From assembly GCA_947258435.1 (NCBI GenBank), contig CAMYID010000008.1, positions 482-64,481 of the forward strand: a stretch of DNA of 64,000 nucleotides, in the 5' to 3' direction. Source of the DNA: an uncultured Alphaproteobacteria bacterium (lineage in GTDB: Bacteria; Pseudomonadota; Alphaproteobacteria; UBA11222). The notes below the pieces were generated by a model, which saw nothing but the letters and a program-made list of their open reading frames with translations, made no database searches and was not told the DNA's origin. Each line of letters opens with the position of its first letter. The first letter of the stretch is position 1. Shown one piece after another: positions 21,425-30,977 of the stretch. A program made the position numbers and the translations under genes.

Positions 21425-22582
21425 TTATGTGCCGCCATTCAGCCAGCCACCGAGTCTTCTGGCGGCTTCCGCCATCACCTCGGTCGCCCCGGCAAAGGAA
21501 AATCTGACGAATTTATGTCCTTCGGCAATATCGAAATCTGTTCCCGGTGTCGCCGCAACGCCGGTTTGCAGCAGCATATCCTGACAGAAACGCGCGCTAT
21601 CATCGGTAAAGCGTGAGACATCCGCATAAAGATAAAATGCGCCATCCGGCGGCGCGAAGCGGTCAATGCCCGCTTTTGGTAATTCGCGCAGCAACAGCGC
21701 CCGATTGCGCGCATAAACTGCCACGTTTTCCTGTAGTTCCACTGCGCAATCAAATGCCGCAAGGGCTGCGATCTGCGACAATGTCGGGGGCGAGATAAAC
21801 AGGTTCTGGGCAATCCGTTCAACTGCGCGCAGGGCGGCCTGCGGCACCACCATCCAGCCCAGTCGCCATCCCGTCATCGAAAAATATTTCGAGAAGCTGT
21901 TGATCACCACAGCCTCGTCACTGAACGCAAGTGCGGTTTGCGGAAGCTTCCCATAGGCGATGCCATGATAAATTTCGTCTGAAATGAGCGTGATATTCTG
22001 CGCCGCACAATAATCCGCGATTGCATGCAACTCATCAGCCGACAGCATGGCACCGGTGGGGTTGGCAGGGCTTGCAATCAGCAGACCGTCAAGCCTGCCG
22101 TTTGTGGCGGCCTGCGCGATCTGCGGTACGGTCAGGCGAAAATCGCTCTCTGCCCGGCACGGGATCAAAACAGGCTCAAGATCAAGCACCTTCAGAATAT
22201 TGCGATAGGCCGGATAACCCGGATCACAGATCGCAACCCTGTCGCCGGCATCAAAATGCGCAAGAAAACTGAGCAGAAACCCCGCAGAAGAGCCGGTCGT
22301 AACCACAATCCGGTCCGCCGACACGGCAACGTCATACTGCGTCTGGTAATAATGCGCCAGCCGTTCGCGCAGCTCCGGGATCCCCAGCGCGACGGTATAT
22401 CCGATACGATCCTCATGCAGCGCGCGTTCCGCCGCAGCCAATACAGCACGCGGCGCAGGGGTTGCTGGCTGCCCCACCTCAAGATGCAACACCGTTTCGC
22501 CCGCCGCTTCGCGTGCCGCCGCTGCCGCCATGACATCCATGACGATAAAAGGACTGATGTCACTGCGCTTTGAAATTTTCAT
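21425..22582 (-). CDS. PLP-dependent aminotransferase class I/II
   Basis: GQP, SPANPTG, DEIYH and NSFSKYFSMTGWRLG. Confidence 0.92.
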   Translation of the reverse strand: MKISKRSDISPFIVMDVMAAAAAREAAGETVLHLEVGQPATPAPRAVLAAAERALHEDRIGYTVALGIPELRERLAHYYQTQYDVAVSADRIVVTTGSSAGFLLSFLAHFDAGDRVAICDPGYPAYRNILKVLDLEPVLIPCRAESDFRLTVPQIAQAATNGRLDGLLIASPANPTGAMLSADELHAIADYCAAQNITLISDEIYHGIAYGKLPQTALAFSDEAVVINSFSKYFSMTGWRLGWMVVPQAALRAVERIAQNLFISPPTLSQIAALAAFDCAVELQENVAVYARNRALLLRELPKAGIDRFAPPDGAFYLYADVSRFTDDSARFCQDMLLQTGVAATPGTDFDIAEGHKFVRFSFAGATEVMAEAARRLGGWLNGGT

Positions 22583-22839
22583 CTGTCACCGCTTCTGCAA
22601 CGCCTGGGGCACACCATATATGCCTTATGGATTAATCAACCGGCGGTCAAACAACAAGCGCGACAGAAAAACGCCTGATTTTCGCGGTACCGTCGTAGAA
22701 TGATCAGAATATATTTCCGCTCACAGGGATGCGAATTGACCTTGCAAGGCCCAACTTTTACGGTGAACAGTCTTTGCCTGATCGGAGAAGCGCCTGTGTG
22801 CGGCATATCGCCACCAAAAACCAAACTGGTGATCAAATA

Positions 22840-24228
22840 ATGCATTTGCCGCCATCATCATCCGTCATCCTGAAGAATATGCGCCGGTTTGCGCTGTTCC
22901 TGCTGATCCTGCTGGGCACGCAGGTCGCCACTGCATTCAACAGCGCACCGGCAAAGGCCATATCGCTGATCCGGGATGCGGAGATTGAGCGCATTCTGCG
23001 CGGTTACGCGACCCCGATATTTGCCGCGGCAGGGCTCAACCCGAAAGCGGTGAATATCTATCTGGTCCGCGATAATAACATCAACGCCTTTGTCGCAGGC
23101 GGCCAGAATGTGTTTTTCACAACCGAACTGCTTTTGAAGTTCGACTCGCCCGCGGAAATCAAGGGCGTCATTGCCCACGAGGTCGGCCATATTGCGGGCG
23201 GCCATCTGGCGCGCACCCGCGATGCGCTGACCGGTGCCTCCGCCACATCGATCGCCTCTTTCATTCTGGGGGTCGGCGCGGCAATCGCAGGCCAGCCCGA
23301 TCTGGGCGTTGGCATCCTTGCCGGCGGCAGCCATGTGGCACAGCGGAATTTCCTGACCTACAGCAGGACCCAGGAAGCCTCCGCCGATCAGGCCGCGCTC
23401 AGCTATCTGGAAATCATTGGCGAATCCGGACAGGGGCTGATCGAGGTCTTGCAAAGCTTCGGCAATCAGGAAGCGCTCAATGTCAAGAACCAGGATCCGT
23501 TCGTGCGCAGCCACCCCTTGTCGCGCGATCGTATCGGGGCGATTGAACGCCGGGTCAAGGCCTCCCCCTTCTATGACAAGGCCGAACCGCCCGCCGCTGT
23601 CGCGGCGCATCTGCGGATGCAGGGAAAACTCTATGGGTTTGTCAAACGTCCTGATCAGACATTGCGCAAATTCCCCCCAAGCGACACCAGCTTGAAAGCC
23701 CGCTATGCCCGCGCCGCAGCATATCACATCAATTCGAACGAAGCGGCCGCCCATCGGGAAATCGCCGCCTTGATCGCCGACGATCCGGACAATCCCTACT
23801 ATCATGAGCTGCAGGGCCAGATTTATTTCGAACATGGTCATGTGGACAAGGCGATTGCCCCCTATGCCAAATCCGTGGAGCTTGCCCCCGAAGAACCCCT
23901 GCTGCGTGTCAATCTGGCGCAGGCGATGCTTGCGGGCGAAAACCCCGAATATAATGCTGTCGCACTGGAAAACCTTGAATGGGCCATGCGGCAGGATCCG
24001 GAAATTCTGATCGGATGGCATCAGCTTGCCATTGCTTATGCACGGGACAATCAGAATGGCATGGCCTCGCTTGCCAGCGCGGAACGCTATTCACGGGCAG
24101 GCGCGCGGCAGGAAGCGGTGCTGCATGCAAAACGTGCCCTCAATTACCTGCCCGAAGGTTCGCCCGGCTGGCTGCGCGCGCAGGATATCATCGAAACCGG
24201 CAAACCCAATGGCAAGCGACGAGGATAG
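22840..24228 (+). CDS. M48 family metalloprotease with TPRs (BepA/YfgC-like)
   Basis: Signal peptide, INAF, AHEVGH (HExxH), EASAD, SHP and C-terminal TPRs. Start may be 22879. Confidence 0.88.
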   Translation: MHLPPSSSVILKNMRRFALFLLILLGTQVATAFNSAPAKAISLIRDAEIERILRGYATPIFAAAGLNPKAVNIYLVRDNNINAFVAGGQNVFFTTELLLKFDSPAEIKGVIAHEVGHIAGGHLARTRDALTGASATSIASFILGVGAAIAGQPDLGVGILAGGSHVAQRNFLTYSRTQEASADQAALSYLEIIGESGQGLIEVLQSFGNQEALNVKNQDPFVRSHPLSRDRIGAIERRVKASPFYDKAEPPAAVAAHLRMQGKLYGFVKRPDQTLRKFPPSDTSLKARYARAAAYHINSNEAAAHREIAALIADDPDNPYYHELQGQIYFEHGHVDKAIAPYAKSVELAPEEPLLRVNLAQAMLAGENPEYNAVALENLEWAMRQDPEILIGWHQLAIAYARDNQNGMASLASAERYSRAGARQEAVLHAKRALNYLPEGSPGWLRAQDIIETGKPNGKRRG

Positions 24229-24239
24229 CGAATTTCATT

Positions 24240-24995
24240 GTGCATAAACTGAATAAACTTTTCGCCGCACTGGCGGTCGTAATCACCTGCCTGCTTCAGT
24301 CTTTTCCCGCACAGGCGGAAATGTCCGCACAGGAAAAGGACGCGCTCAAAGCCGGTATCCTTGAGGTGCTGAGCGAAAATCCGGAACTGCTGATCGCAGC
24401 GCTTCACGGGCTGCAAAAGCGGATGGAGCAGGAACAGGAGCAGGTCAGGCTTGGCACATTGCAGAAACAGCGCAAGGCGTTGGAACAGGATCCCAACAGC
24501 TTCGTCGCCGGCAACCCGGCGGGCGATGTGACTCTTGTCGAATTTTTCGATTACCGCTGCGGCTATTGCAAGAAAGCGCGCCCGGTTGTTGAAAAACTTG
24601 TCTCTGAAGACGGAAATATCCGGCTTGTGATGAAGGAATTCCCAATTCTGGGACCGAATTCCGAAACAGCTTCCAAAGCCGCGATTGCCGCGATGGCACA
24701 AGGAAAATACCGGGAATTCCATGATGCGCTCATGGCGGCGAAAGGCGGGCTGGGGCGTGCACAGCTTCTTCAGATTGCTGCCGATACGGGGCTTGATCGT
24801 GACAAGCTCGAACAGGATATGCAGAAAGCCTACATCACCGATATCATCCGCAGCAACCGGGAGCTTGCTGCCCGGCTTGATATTTCGGGCACTCCTGCTT
24901 TCGTGATCGGCGATGCAATCGTGCCCGGCGTGGCAAGCCTTGAACAGATGCAACAGCTTGTCGCGCAGGCACGCGCCGACTGCAAGAGCTGCTGA
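24240..24995 (+). CDS. DsbA family (Com1/ScsC-like) thiol-disulfide oxidoreductase
   Basis: EFFDYRCGYCKK, KEFPILG and GTPAF. GTG start inferred just after the M48 gene. Confidence 0.88.
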   Translation: MHKLNKLFAALAVVITCLLQSFPAQAEMSAQEKDALKAGILEVLSENPELLIAALHGLQKRMEQEQEQVRLGTLQKQRKALEQDPNSFVAGNPAGDVTLVEFFDYRCGYCKKARPVVEKLVSEDGNIRLVMKEFPILGPNSETASKAAIAAMAQGKYREFHDALMAAKGGLGRAQLLQIAADTGLDRDKLEQDMQKAYITDIIRSNRELAARLDISGTPAFVIGDAIVPGVASLEQMQQLVAQARADCKSC

Positions 24996-25017
24996 ACGGA
25001 CAGGGAAGGCAAGCGCT

Positions 25018-25890
25018 GTGTCGACCGCAAGCCTGAGAGATCTGCTCAACCGCGACGCGATGATCCTTGCCCCCGGCGTGTTTGACGGCTTTTCCGCCCG
25101 GCTTGCCGAGGGCGCGGGTTTTGATGCGCTCTACATGACCGGTTACGGCGTTTCCGCATCCCGCTATGGGCTGCCCGATGCGGGCCTTGTTGGTCTGGGG
25201 GAAATGATCGATGCCCTGCGCATGATCCGGTCTGTCACCACAAAGCCCATCATCGCAGATGCGGATACAGGCTATGGTGGATTGCTGAATGTCCGGCACA
25301 CGGTCCGGCAATATGAAACCGCAGGCGCCAGCGCCATTCAGATCGAGGATCAGGATTTCCCGAAAAAATGCGGTCACACGCTGGGCCGGCGCCTGATTGC
25401 AACAGAAGATATGGTTGCCAAGGTCACCGTGGCAGCGGAAGCCCGACAGAATGCAGAAACCCTGATCATTGCCCGCACCGATGCGCGCACCGAATTCGGA
25501 CTGGAAGAAGCGATCGCCCGTGCCCGCGCCTATCACGCAGCCGGAGCGGATGTCCTGTTCGTCGAATCGCCTGAAAGCGAAGAAGAACTTGAAACCATCG
25601 GACGCGCACTCGATGCGCCATTGCTTGCCAATATGGTGGGACGCGGCGGCCGCACACCTGAACTGCCTGCCAGCCGGCTGCACGCGCTCGGTTTCAGGAT
25701 CGCAATCTATCCCGGTATCGGTTTCGGCGCGGCGCTTGCCGCCATGGAAACCGCGTTCGCACATCTGCGGCAGGCGGGTGCGATACCTCAGGACTGCCCC
25801 GAACCCCTTACAGGTGCGCATAAGCTTGTGGGTTTTCCCGAAATATGGGCGCTTGAGAAAGACTGGGACAGCCGTTTCCGAAAGAAATAA
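25018..25890 (+). CDS. Isocitrate lyase/PEP mutase family protein (PrpB/2,3-dimethylmalate lyase-like)
   Basis: DADTGYG, IEDQ..PKKCGH and ARTDAR motifs. GTG start inferred. Confidence 0.88.
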   Translation: MSTASLRDLLNRDAMILAPGVFDGFSARLAEGAGFDALYMTGYGVSASRYGLPDAGLVGLGEMIDALRMIRSVTTKPIIADADTGYGGLLNVRHTVRQYETAGASAIQIEDQDFPKKCGHTLGRRLIATEDMVAKVTVAAEARQNAETLIIARTDARTEFGLEEAIARARAYHAAGADVLFVESPESEEELETIGRALDAPLLANMVGRGGRTPELPASRLHALGFRIAIYPGIGFGAALAAMETAFAHLRQAGAIPQDCPEPLTGAHKLVGFPEIWALEKDWDSRFRKK

Positions 25891-25972
25891 CGGCTTTATT
25901 GTGTAATCAGACAATTGCACGGGGATGCGAGTGGCGGTAGGTTCGGCCATTCGAAATTCCGACGGTTTCCCT

Positions 25973-27265
25973 ATGAATGCGTTTTCACAACACGCTGCGC
26001 CGCGGCCGGCGTTTCTGGCGGCTATTGTGCTTGGCCTTTGCTTTGTCCTGAACCTGCTTGCGGCAGGCATGAATCTGTCTTTTTCGGTTTTCCTGCTGCC
26101 TTTGGCAGAAACGCTGTCCGCCGAACGGGGCACGGTATCAAGCATTGTATCGGTGACCATGCTGATTTCAGGGCTGCTCGCACCTGTTACCGGCACGATG
26201 CTTGAACGGACCGGGCCGCAGGTCCTTTATCCTGTCGGTCTCGCCCTGTTTGCCGGGGCCTATGGCCTCGCTTCCTTTGCCGATTCTGTCTATCTGCTTT
26301 ACGGCACGCTTGGTCTGATGGGCGGAGTGGCCCTTGCCTGTCTTGGACCTGTGCCACATGCGGCACTCGTCAATCGCTGGTTTTACAGCCGCGTCGGCAT
26401 CGCCATGGGTGTCGTCTATTCGGCAAGCGGTGTCGGCACGCTGATCATTTCGCCCAGCGCGGCGATCCTGATCGAGGAATTTGACTGGCGCCTTACCTAC
26501 CGGCTGTTTGCCTTGCTGCTGGCTGCGCTTATTCCCATTTTGCTGTTCCTGCCCTGGCGCGCGATCCGGGCCGGACATCCGCTGTTTCAGGACAGCCGCC
26601 CGCCTGACGAAGAGACAGCGCAACACGCATCTCCCGACAGCACGCAGCAAACCGCGCCAGCTTCCGCGCAACCGCCGGAATGGACATTGCCGCGCGCCAT
26701 ACGCACCACCCCCTTCTGGGGCATGACTGCGGGCTTTTTCTTCGCCGGCTGTTCATCGATTGCCATCCTTATCCATTCGGTCAGCTTTATGATCGGCACG
26801 GGTATCGATCCGGTCTATGCCGCGACCGCATTCGGATTGCTGGGATTCCTGAGCCCCGTCGGCGTGATCGGTTTCGGGGCGCTGGGCGACTGGATCGGTC
26901 GCTCGCGCGCCGTATTGCTGAGCTATGTCCTTGGGGCGCTTGCAATTCTGGGGCTCTATCTCATCAAGTATCATTCCGCCTTCTTCGGCATCCCATTGCT
27001 TGTCATCAGCTTTGGCCTGTCGATGGGCGCCCGCGGGCCGACCGTATCCAGCATGGCTTCGCGCATCTTTACCGGCCCCGGTTTTGGCGGCATTTACGGC
27101 GCGATCAGCATGGGTGGCGCATTTGGCGCAGGCACCGGTGCCTGGCTTGGCGGGCTGTTGCAGGATATTTTTGATACCTCGGACGCGTTGCTGATATTTT
27201 CGTCCATAACAATTGTGCTGAGCGCGACCCCCTTCATTCTGATCCGCGAGCTCAGGGCGCAATAA
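25973..27265 (+). CDS. MFS transporter
   Basis: About 12 hydrophobic helices and a G.LGDWIGR MFS loop motif. Confidence 0.88.
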   Translation: MNAFSQHAAPRPAFLAAIVLGLCFVLNLLAAGMNLSFSVFLLPLAETLSAERGTVSSIVSVTMLISGLLAPVTGTMLERTGPQVLYPVGLALFAGAYGLASFADSVYLLYGTLGLMGGVALACLGPVPHAALVNRWFYSRVGIAMGVVYSASGVGTLIISPSAAILIEEFDWRLTYRLFALLLAALIPILLFLPWRAIRAGHPLFQDSRPPDEETAQHASPDSTQQTAPASAQPPEWTLPRAIRTTPFWGMTAGFFFAGCSSIAILIHSVSFMIGTGIDPVYAATAFGLLGFLSPVGVIGFGALGDWIGRSRAVLLSYVLGALAILGLYLIKYHSAFFGIPLLVISFGLSMGARGPTVSSMASRIFTGPGFGGIYGAISMGGAFGAGTGAWLGGLLQDIFDTSDALLIFSSITIVLSATPFILIRELRAQ

Positions 27266-27336
27266 CCGCCCCATGCCCGCACCTGACTGCAGGGCGGCGG
27301 ATTGCCCGCCACCCGATTCTGAGGCTTAATGCCGGG

Positions 27337-28392
27337 ATGACAAAGCTTGGAATTCTCGACCAGTCGCCGATCAAGGAAGGCAGCGACGCGGCGACCGCGC
27401 TGCATGAAACAATCGGTCTTGCCAAGGCGTGCGATGCATTGGGCTACACCCGCTATTGGCTTGCAGAACATCACAACACCAACTCCTTCGCGGGTTCCGC
27501 CCCTGAAATCCTGATTACCAGGATCGCCGGCGAGACAACACATATCCGCGTCGGGTCGGGCGGGATCATGCTGCCCCATTACAGCCCGCTTAAAGTTGCC
27601 GAATGCTTCCAGATGCTGGCGACACTTTATCCCGGCCGGATCGACCTTGGTCTGGGGCGCGCGCCAGGTACCGACCCGCGCACCAGCGCAGCGTTGCAGC
27701 CCGGTCCCAAGGCTTATCCGATTGACGTATTTCCGCAGCAGGTCGATTTACTGCGGCATTTTCTGGCCGATGATTTTGCGGAGGATCACCCCTATCGCGG
27801 TATCCACGCCATGCCGACCGGCGCCGAACATCCTCACATGTGGATGCTGGGCTCAAGCCTGCAAGGGGCGCTGTTTGCGGCGGAGTTCGGCCTGCCCTTC
27901 TGCCATGCCCATTTTATCAATCCCGGCGAGACAAACCGGGTCATTGATCTGTATCGGGAGAAATTTCGCCCTTCGGCCACACTTGCAGCGCCCTATGCGA
28001 CATTGGGGGTTGCCGTTCTGGCCGCCGATACCGACGCCGCCGCGCATCATATCGGCAAGTCACGCAATCTCTGGGTGACACAGCTTCTGACCGGCAATCG
28101 CGGCCGGTTCGTCAGCCCGGAGAGGGTCGACGATTATCGCTTTTCTGCGCGCGAAAGCGCGGTCTATGCCTCGGTCGAACATCGCGGCATAAGCGGCACG
28201 GGAGAAAGCTGCAAAGCGCAACTGCAGGAGTTGGGGAAAGCACATGGGATCGATGAGTTTGTATTGCTGACAATCACATTCGATCCGGGCGACAGGATCC
28301 GCTCCTATGAGTTGATGGCCCGGGCATTTGGCCTGACACCGCCTGCTGCTCAGAACCAGCCTGTCACGGATGCCAGAAACGACAGGCCATAG
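27337..28392 (+). CDS. LLM class flavin-dependent oxidoreductase (luciferase-like)
   Basis: RYWLAEHH, IRVGSGG.MLPHYSP.KVAE and GRIDLGLGRAPG. Confidence 0.92.
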   Translation: MTKLGILDQSPIKEGSDAATALHETIGLAKACDALGYTRYWLAEHHNTNSFAGSAPEILITRIAGETTHIRVGSGGIMLPHYSPLKVAECFQMLATLYPGRIDLGLGRAPGTDPRTSAALQPGPKAYPIDVFPQQVDLLRHFLADDFAEDHPYRGIHAMPTGAEHPHMWMLGSSLQGALFAAEFGLPFCHAHFINPGETNRVIDLYREKFRPSATLAAPYATLGVAVLAADTDAAAHHIGKSRNLWVTQLLTGNRGRFVSPERVDDYRFSARESAVYASVEHRGISGTGESCKAQLQELGKAHGIDEFVLLTITFDPGDRIRSYELMARAFGLTPPAAQNQPVTDARNDRP

Positions 28393-29648
28393 CCTATCCC
28401 CCCTCCGATCAGGGACGCCAGAAACAAAAGCAACACGCGCCCCGCAAGCGGCCAACCTGCATAGAATGCGCAATACCCCACCTTGACGAGCGTGTTCACC
28501 GCAACCGCAAGGATGACCGCGGCACTCGCGGCCGCCAGAAACACCCTGTCGGGATCGGCATCGGACAGGCGCGACATGGAAATCGTCACCGCATCGACAT
28601 CGACAAGGCCGGTTGTTGCAGCAAGAACCAGCAATCCGCCTGCGCCGAACAGGGTCTGCATGTAATGCGACAGCAGGATGACACCGGCAAGCAACAGACC
28701 GAAATAGATGGCCGGCATCAACTCGCCGGGCGGCGGCAGGGTAATATACGGATCGGATTTGACCGGCTGCCGGCCGCCGCTGAAATAATAGGTGATGGCA
28801 AGTGCGGCAATACTTGCAGACAGCAAGACAGGAAGAATATCAAAAGCCAGCGCAGGCATCAGCAGCCAGGCAATGAGCAGGCTGCGCAGGAACATGACCG
28901 CACTTGCAAGTGAAATACTCGCGGCCATCTGTTGCGCAAGCCGGGGCGTCCGGGCGGCCAGCCGGGCACAACTCAATGTCAGGGCGGTGGAAGACGCAAC
29001 CCCGCCAAACACCCCCATCCACAATGCGCCGCGCTGTTCCCCGCCGATTTTCAGCGCAAAGTAACCGGCATAGGAAATTGCCGAAATCAGCACGACCATC
29101 CACCAGATTTCATAAGGGTTCAGCACCTCGCCCGGCCCGAAACCGCGATCAGGCAGAAGCGGCAGCAGAACAACCGATACAAGCAGCAGCTTGATACCGG
29201 CGACAAGCTCCACCCTTTCAAGCCGCGCCAGCCACTGATGCGATATTTCCTTCACCCCAAGCAACGCAATCAGGACAACACCGGCAATCGCGGCCACGAC
29301 CATATCGCCGCGCACCGCCAGTACCCCAAGCCCGAAAGTGAGCAGGGCGGCCACCTCGCTTGTCAGGCCCAAATCCCCTTCCTGCCGCCGCGTGCCGGCC
29401 CAATAGCCAAGCCCAATCAGAATCGCAACCGCCACTGTACCGGCGGCAATAAGAAAATGACCCTCCACCAAAAGACTGAGAAGCCCAATAATCCCACCCA
29501 GCAAGCCAAGCAGGGTGAAGGTGCGCAGGCCGGCGGGGCGCGTACCTGTTTCATCGCCACGCAACCGCCAGCCACGCTCGATGCCAACAAGCAGGCCGAT
29601 GGCAAGGGCAAGACCGAGCCGCTGAAATATTTCCCAATCGGCAGCCAC
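28350..29648 (-). CDS. MgtC/SapB family membrane protein with DUF4010
   Basis: GLLVGIER, AGLRTF, GLTSE, GG.ASST and GLVDVDA motifs. Confidence 0.87.
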   Translation of the reverse strand: MAADWEIFQRLGLALAIGLLVGIERGWRLRGDETGTRPAGLRTFTLLGLLGGIIGLLSLLVEGHFLIAAGTVAVAILIGLGYWAGTRRQEGDLGLTSEVAALLTFGLGVLAVRGDMVVAAIAGVVLIALLGVKEISHQWLARLERVELVAGIKLLLVSVVLLPLLPDRGFGPGEVLNPYEIWWMVVLISAISYAGYFALKIGGEQRGALWMGVFGGVASSTALTLSCARLAARTPRLAQQMAASISLASAVMFLRSLLIAWLLMPALAFDILPVLLSASIAALAITYYFSGGRQPVKSDPYITLPPPGELMPAIYFGLLLAGVILLSHYMQTLFGAGGLLVLAATTGLVDVDAVTISMSRLSDADPDRVFLAAASAAVILAVAVNTLVKVGYCAFYAGWPLAGRVLLLFLASLIGGGIGYGLSFLASVTGWF

Positions 29649-29653
29649 GCGTG

Positions 29654-30268
29654 TCAGGCGGCGGCTGATGGCCTGTCAGATACCTGATCGCGCCAGCGGC
29701 GCAGATTGGCAAGATTTTCAGGCAGTTTCGGGCCGCCCACGGCAAGCGAGAAATCAAATGCGCACATAGCAGTGATATCGGCGACCGAGAAATTCTCCCC
29801 GGCGATGAAGGGACGCTCGGCCAGTGTACGGTCAAGCCAGATCATGGCCTGATTGGCGCGCTTTGCCGACAGTTCCGCCCAATCCGCCAGTTGCACGGGT
29901 TCAAGCGCCTGGAACATGTCAATGCCATGCCGCACCGCATAGGCGATCGGCAGGAACAATTCCAACTCAACCCGCCTTTGCCACATATCGATAAAAGCCT
30001 GCGCTTCAGCATCTTCCCCAAACAGGCAAGGCGTGGGATGCAGCGCCTCGAAATAGCGGCAGATCGATACCGATTCCGCAAGGCATGCGCCATTATCCAG
30101 TACAAGCAGCGGCACCCGCCCCAGCGGATCAAGAGCCAGAAATTCCGGCGTCCGATGCTCCCCCTTCAGCAGATCGATTGTTTCGGTCGGGATGCTTACA
30201 CCTTTCTCGGTAAGGAAGACGCGTACCCGGCGTGGATTGGGGGCAATGGGGTGATCATAGAGTTTCAT
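29654..30268 (-). CDS. Glutathione S-transferase family protein
   Basis: PNPRRVR.FL.EKG, GRVP.L, ES..I and FS.ADIT. RBS precedes ATG 30268. Confidence 0.9.
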   Translation of the reverse strand: MKLYDHPIAPNPRRVRVFLTEKGVSIPTETIDLLKGEHRTPEFLALDPLGRVPLLVLDNGACLAESVSICRYFEALHPTPCLFGEDAEAQAFIDMWQRRVELELFLPIAYAVRHGIDMFQALEPVQLADWAELSAKRANQAMIWLDRTLAERPFIAGENFSVADITAMCAFDFSLAVGGPKLPENLANLRRWRDQVSDRPSAAA

Positions 30269-30307
30269 ATCGGCTTTCCTTTTCATCATAGCGGCAGAAA
30301 CCGCGAC

Positions 30308-30922
30308 TTACGCTGCGGCGGAGGGGCGCTCTCCAACCAGCTGACGCCAGCGCTGAAGATTTTCAAGATCGCCCGAGATCTCAATTGTTCGTGTGTTGGT
30401 ACCAAGTCCCAAGGCGCAGAATGCGGTGATATCGGCAATGGAAAACAACGCCCCCGCCAGATATTCGCGATCCTTCAGCCGCGTATCGATCCAGCCCATG
30501 CATTCGCCCGCGCGCTCCCGGCACAGCGCGGCCCATTCGGCAACCTGCACCGGCTGCAGGGCTTTCGCGGCAGGGCTTGAATGGCGGAACGCATTTGAGA
30601 TCGGCAAATAAAGCTCAAGCTCGGCGCGGCGCTGCCACATCTCGATTTCCGCAATCTCCCGTGCGTTACGGCCAAATAGCGGCGGTTCGGGTTGAAGGGC
30701 ATCGAAATAACGACAGATGGCGACCGATTCAGACAGGTAACTCCCATCGTCAAGCTCAAGAAGCGGCAACCGACCCGCAGGATCCCGGGCCAGGAATTCG
30801 GCTGAACGATGTTCGCCTTTCATCAGATCAACGGTGACCATGGGCACCTCAATACCCTTCTCGGCCAGAAACATCCGCACCCGGCGCGGATTGGTGGCAT
30901 TGGCGTAGTTGTAGAGTTTCAT
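30308..30922 (-). CDS. Glutathione S-transferase family protein (tandem paralog)
   Basis: NPRRVRMFLAEKG, GRLP.L, SES.AI and FSIADIT. Confidence 0.9.
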   Translation of the reverse strand: MKLYNYANATNPRRVRMFLAEKGIEVPMVTVDLMKGEHRSAEFLARDPAGRLPLLELDDGSYLSESVAICRYFDALQPEPPLFGRNAREIAEIEMWQRRAELELYLPISNAFRHSSPAAKALQPVQVAEWAALCRERAGECMGWIDTRLKDREYLAGALFSIADITAFCALGLGTNTRTIEISGDLENLQRWRQLVGERPSAAA

Positions 30923-30977
30923 TTTCTGTTTCCTCCGGACAGGTTGCACGACGTTGTTATGCTGTGCTCTCGATCTT

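Noticed and set aside
22858-26196. Long antisense ORFs (387, 301 and 450 aa) and similar shadow ORFs throughout, e.g. 35618-36655, 38333-39460 and 49142-50059
   Set aside because: They lie opposite well-supported genes in high-GC DNA and have no motifs or RBS. They are expected shadow frames.
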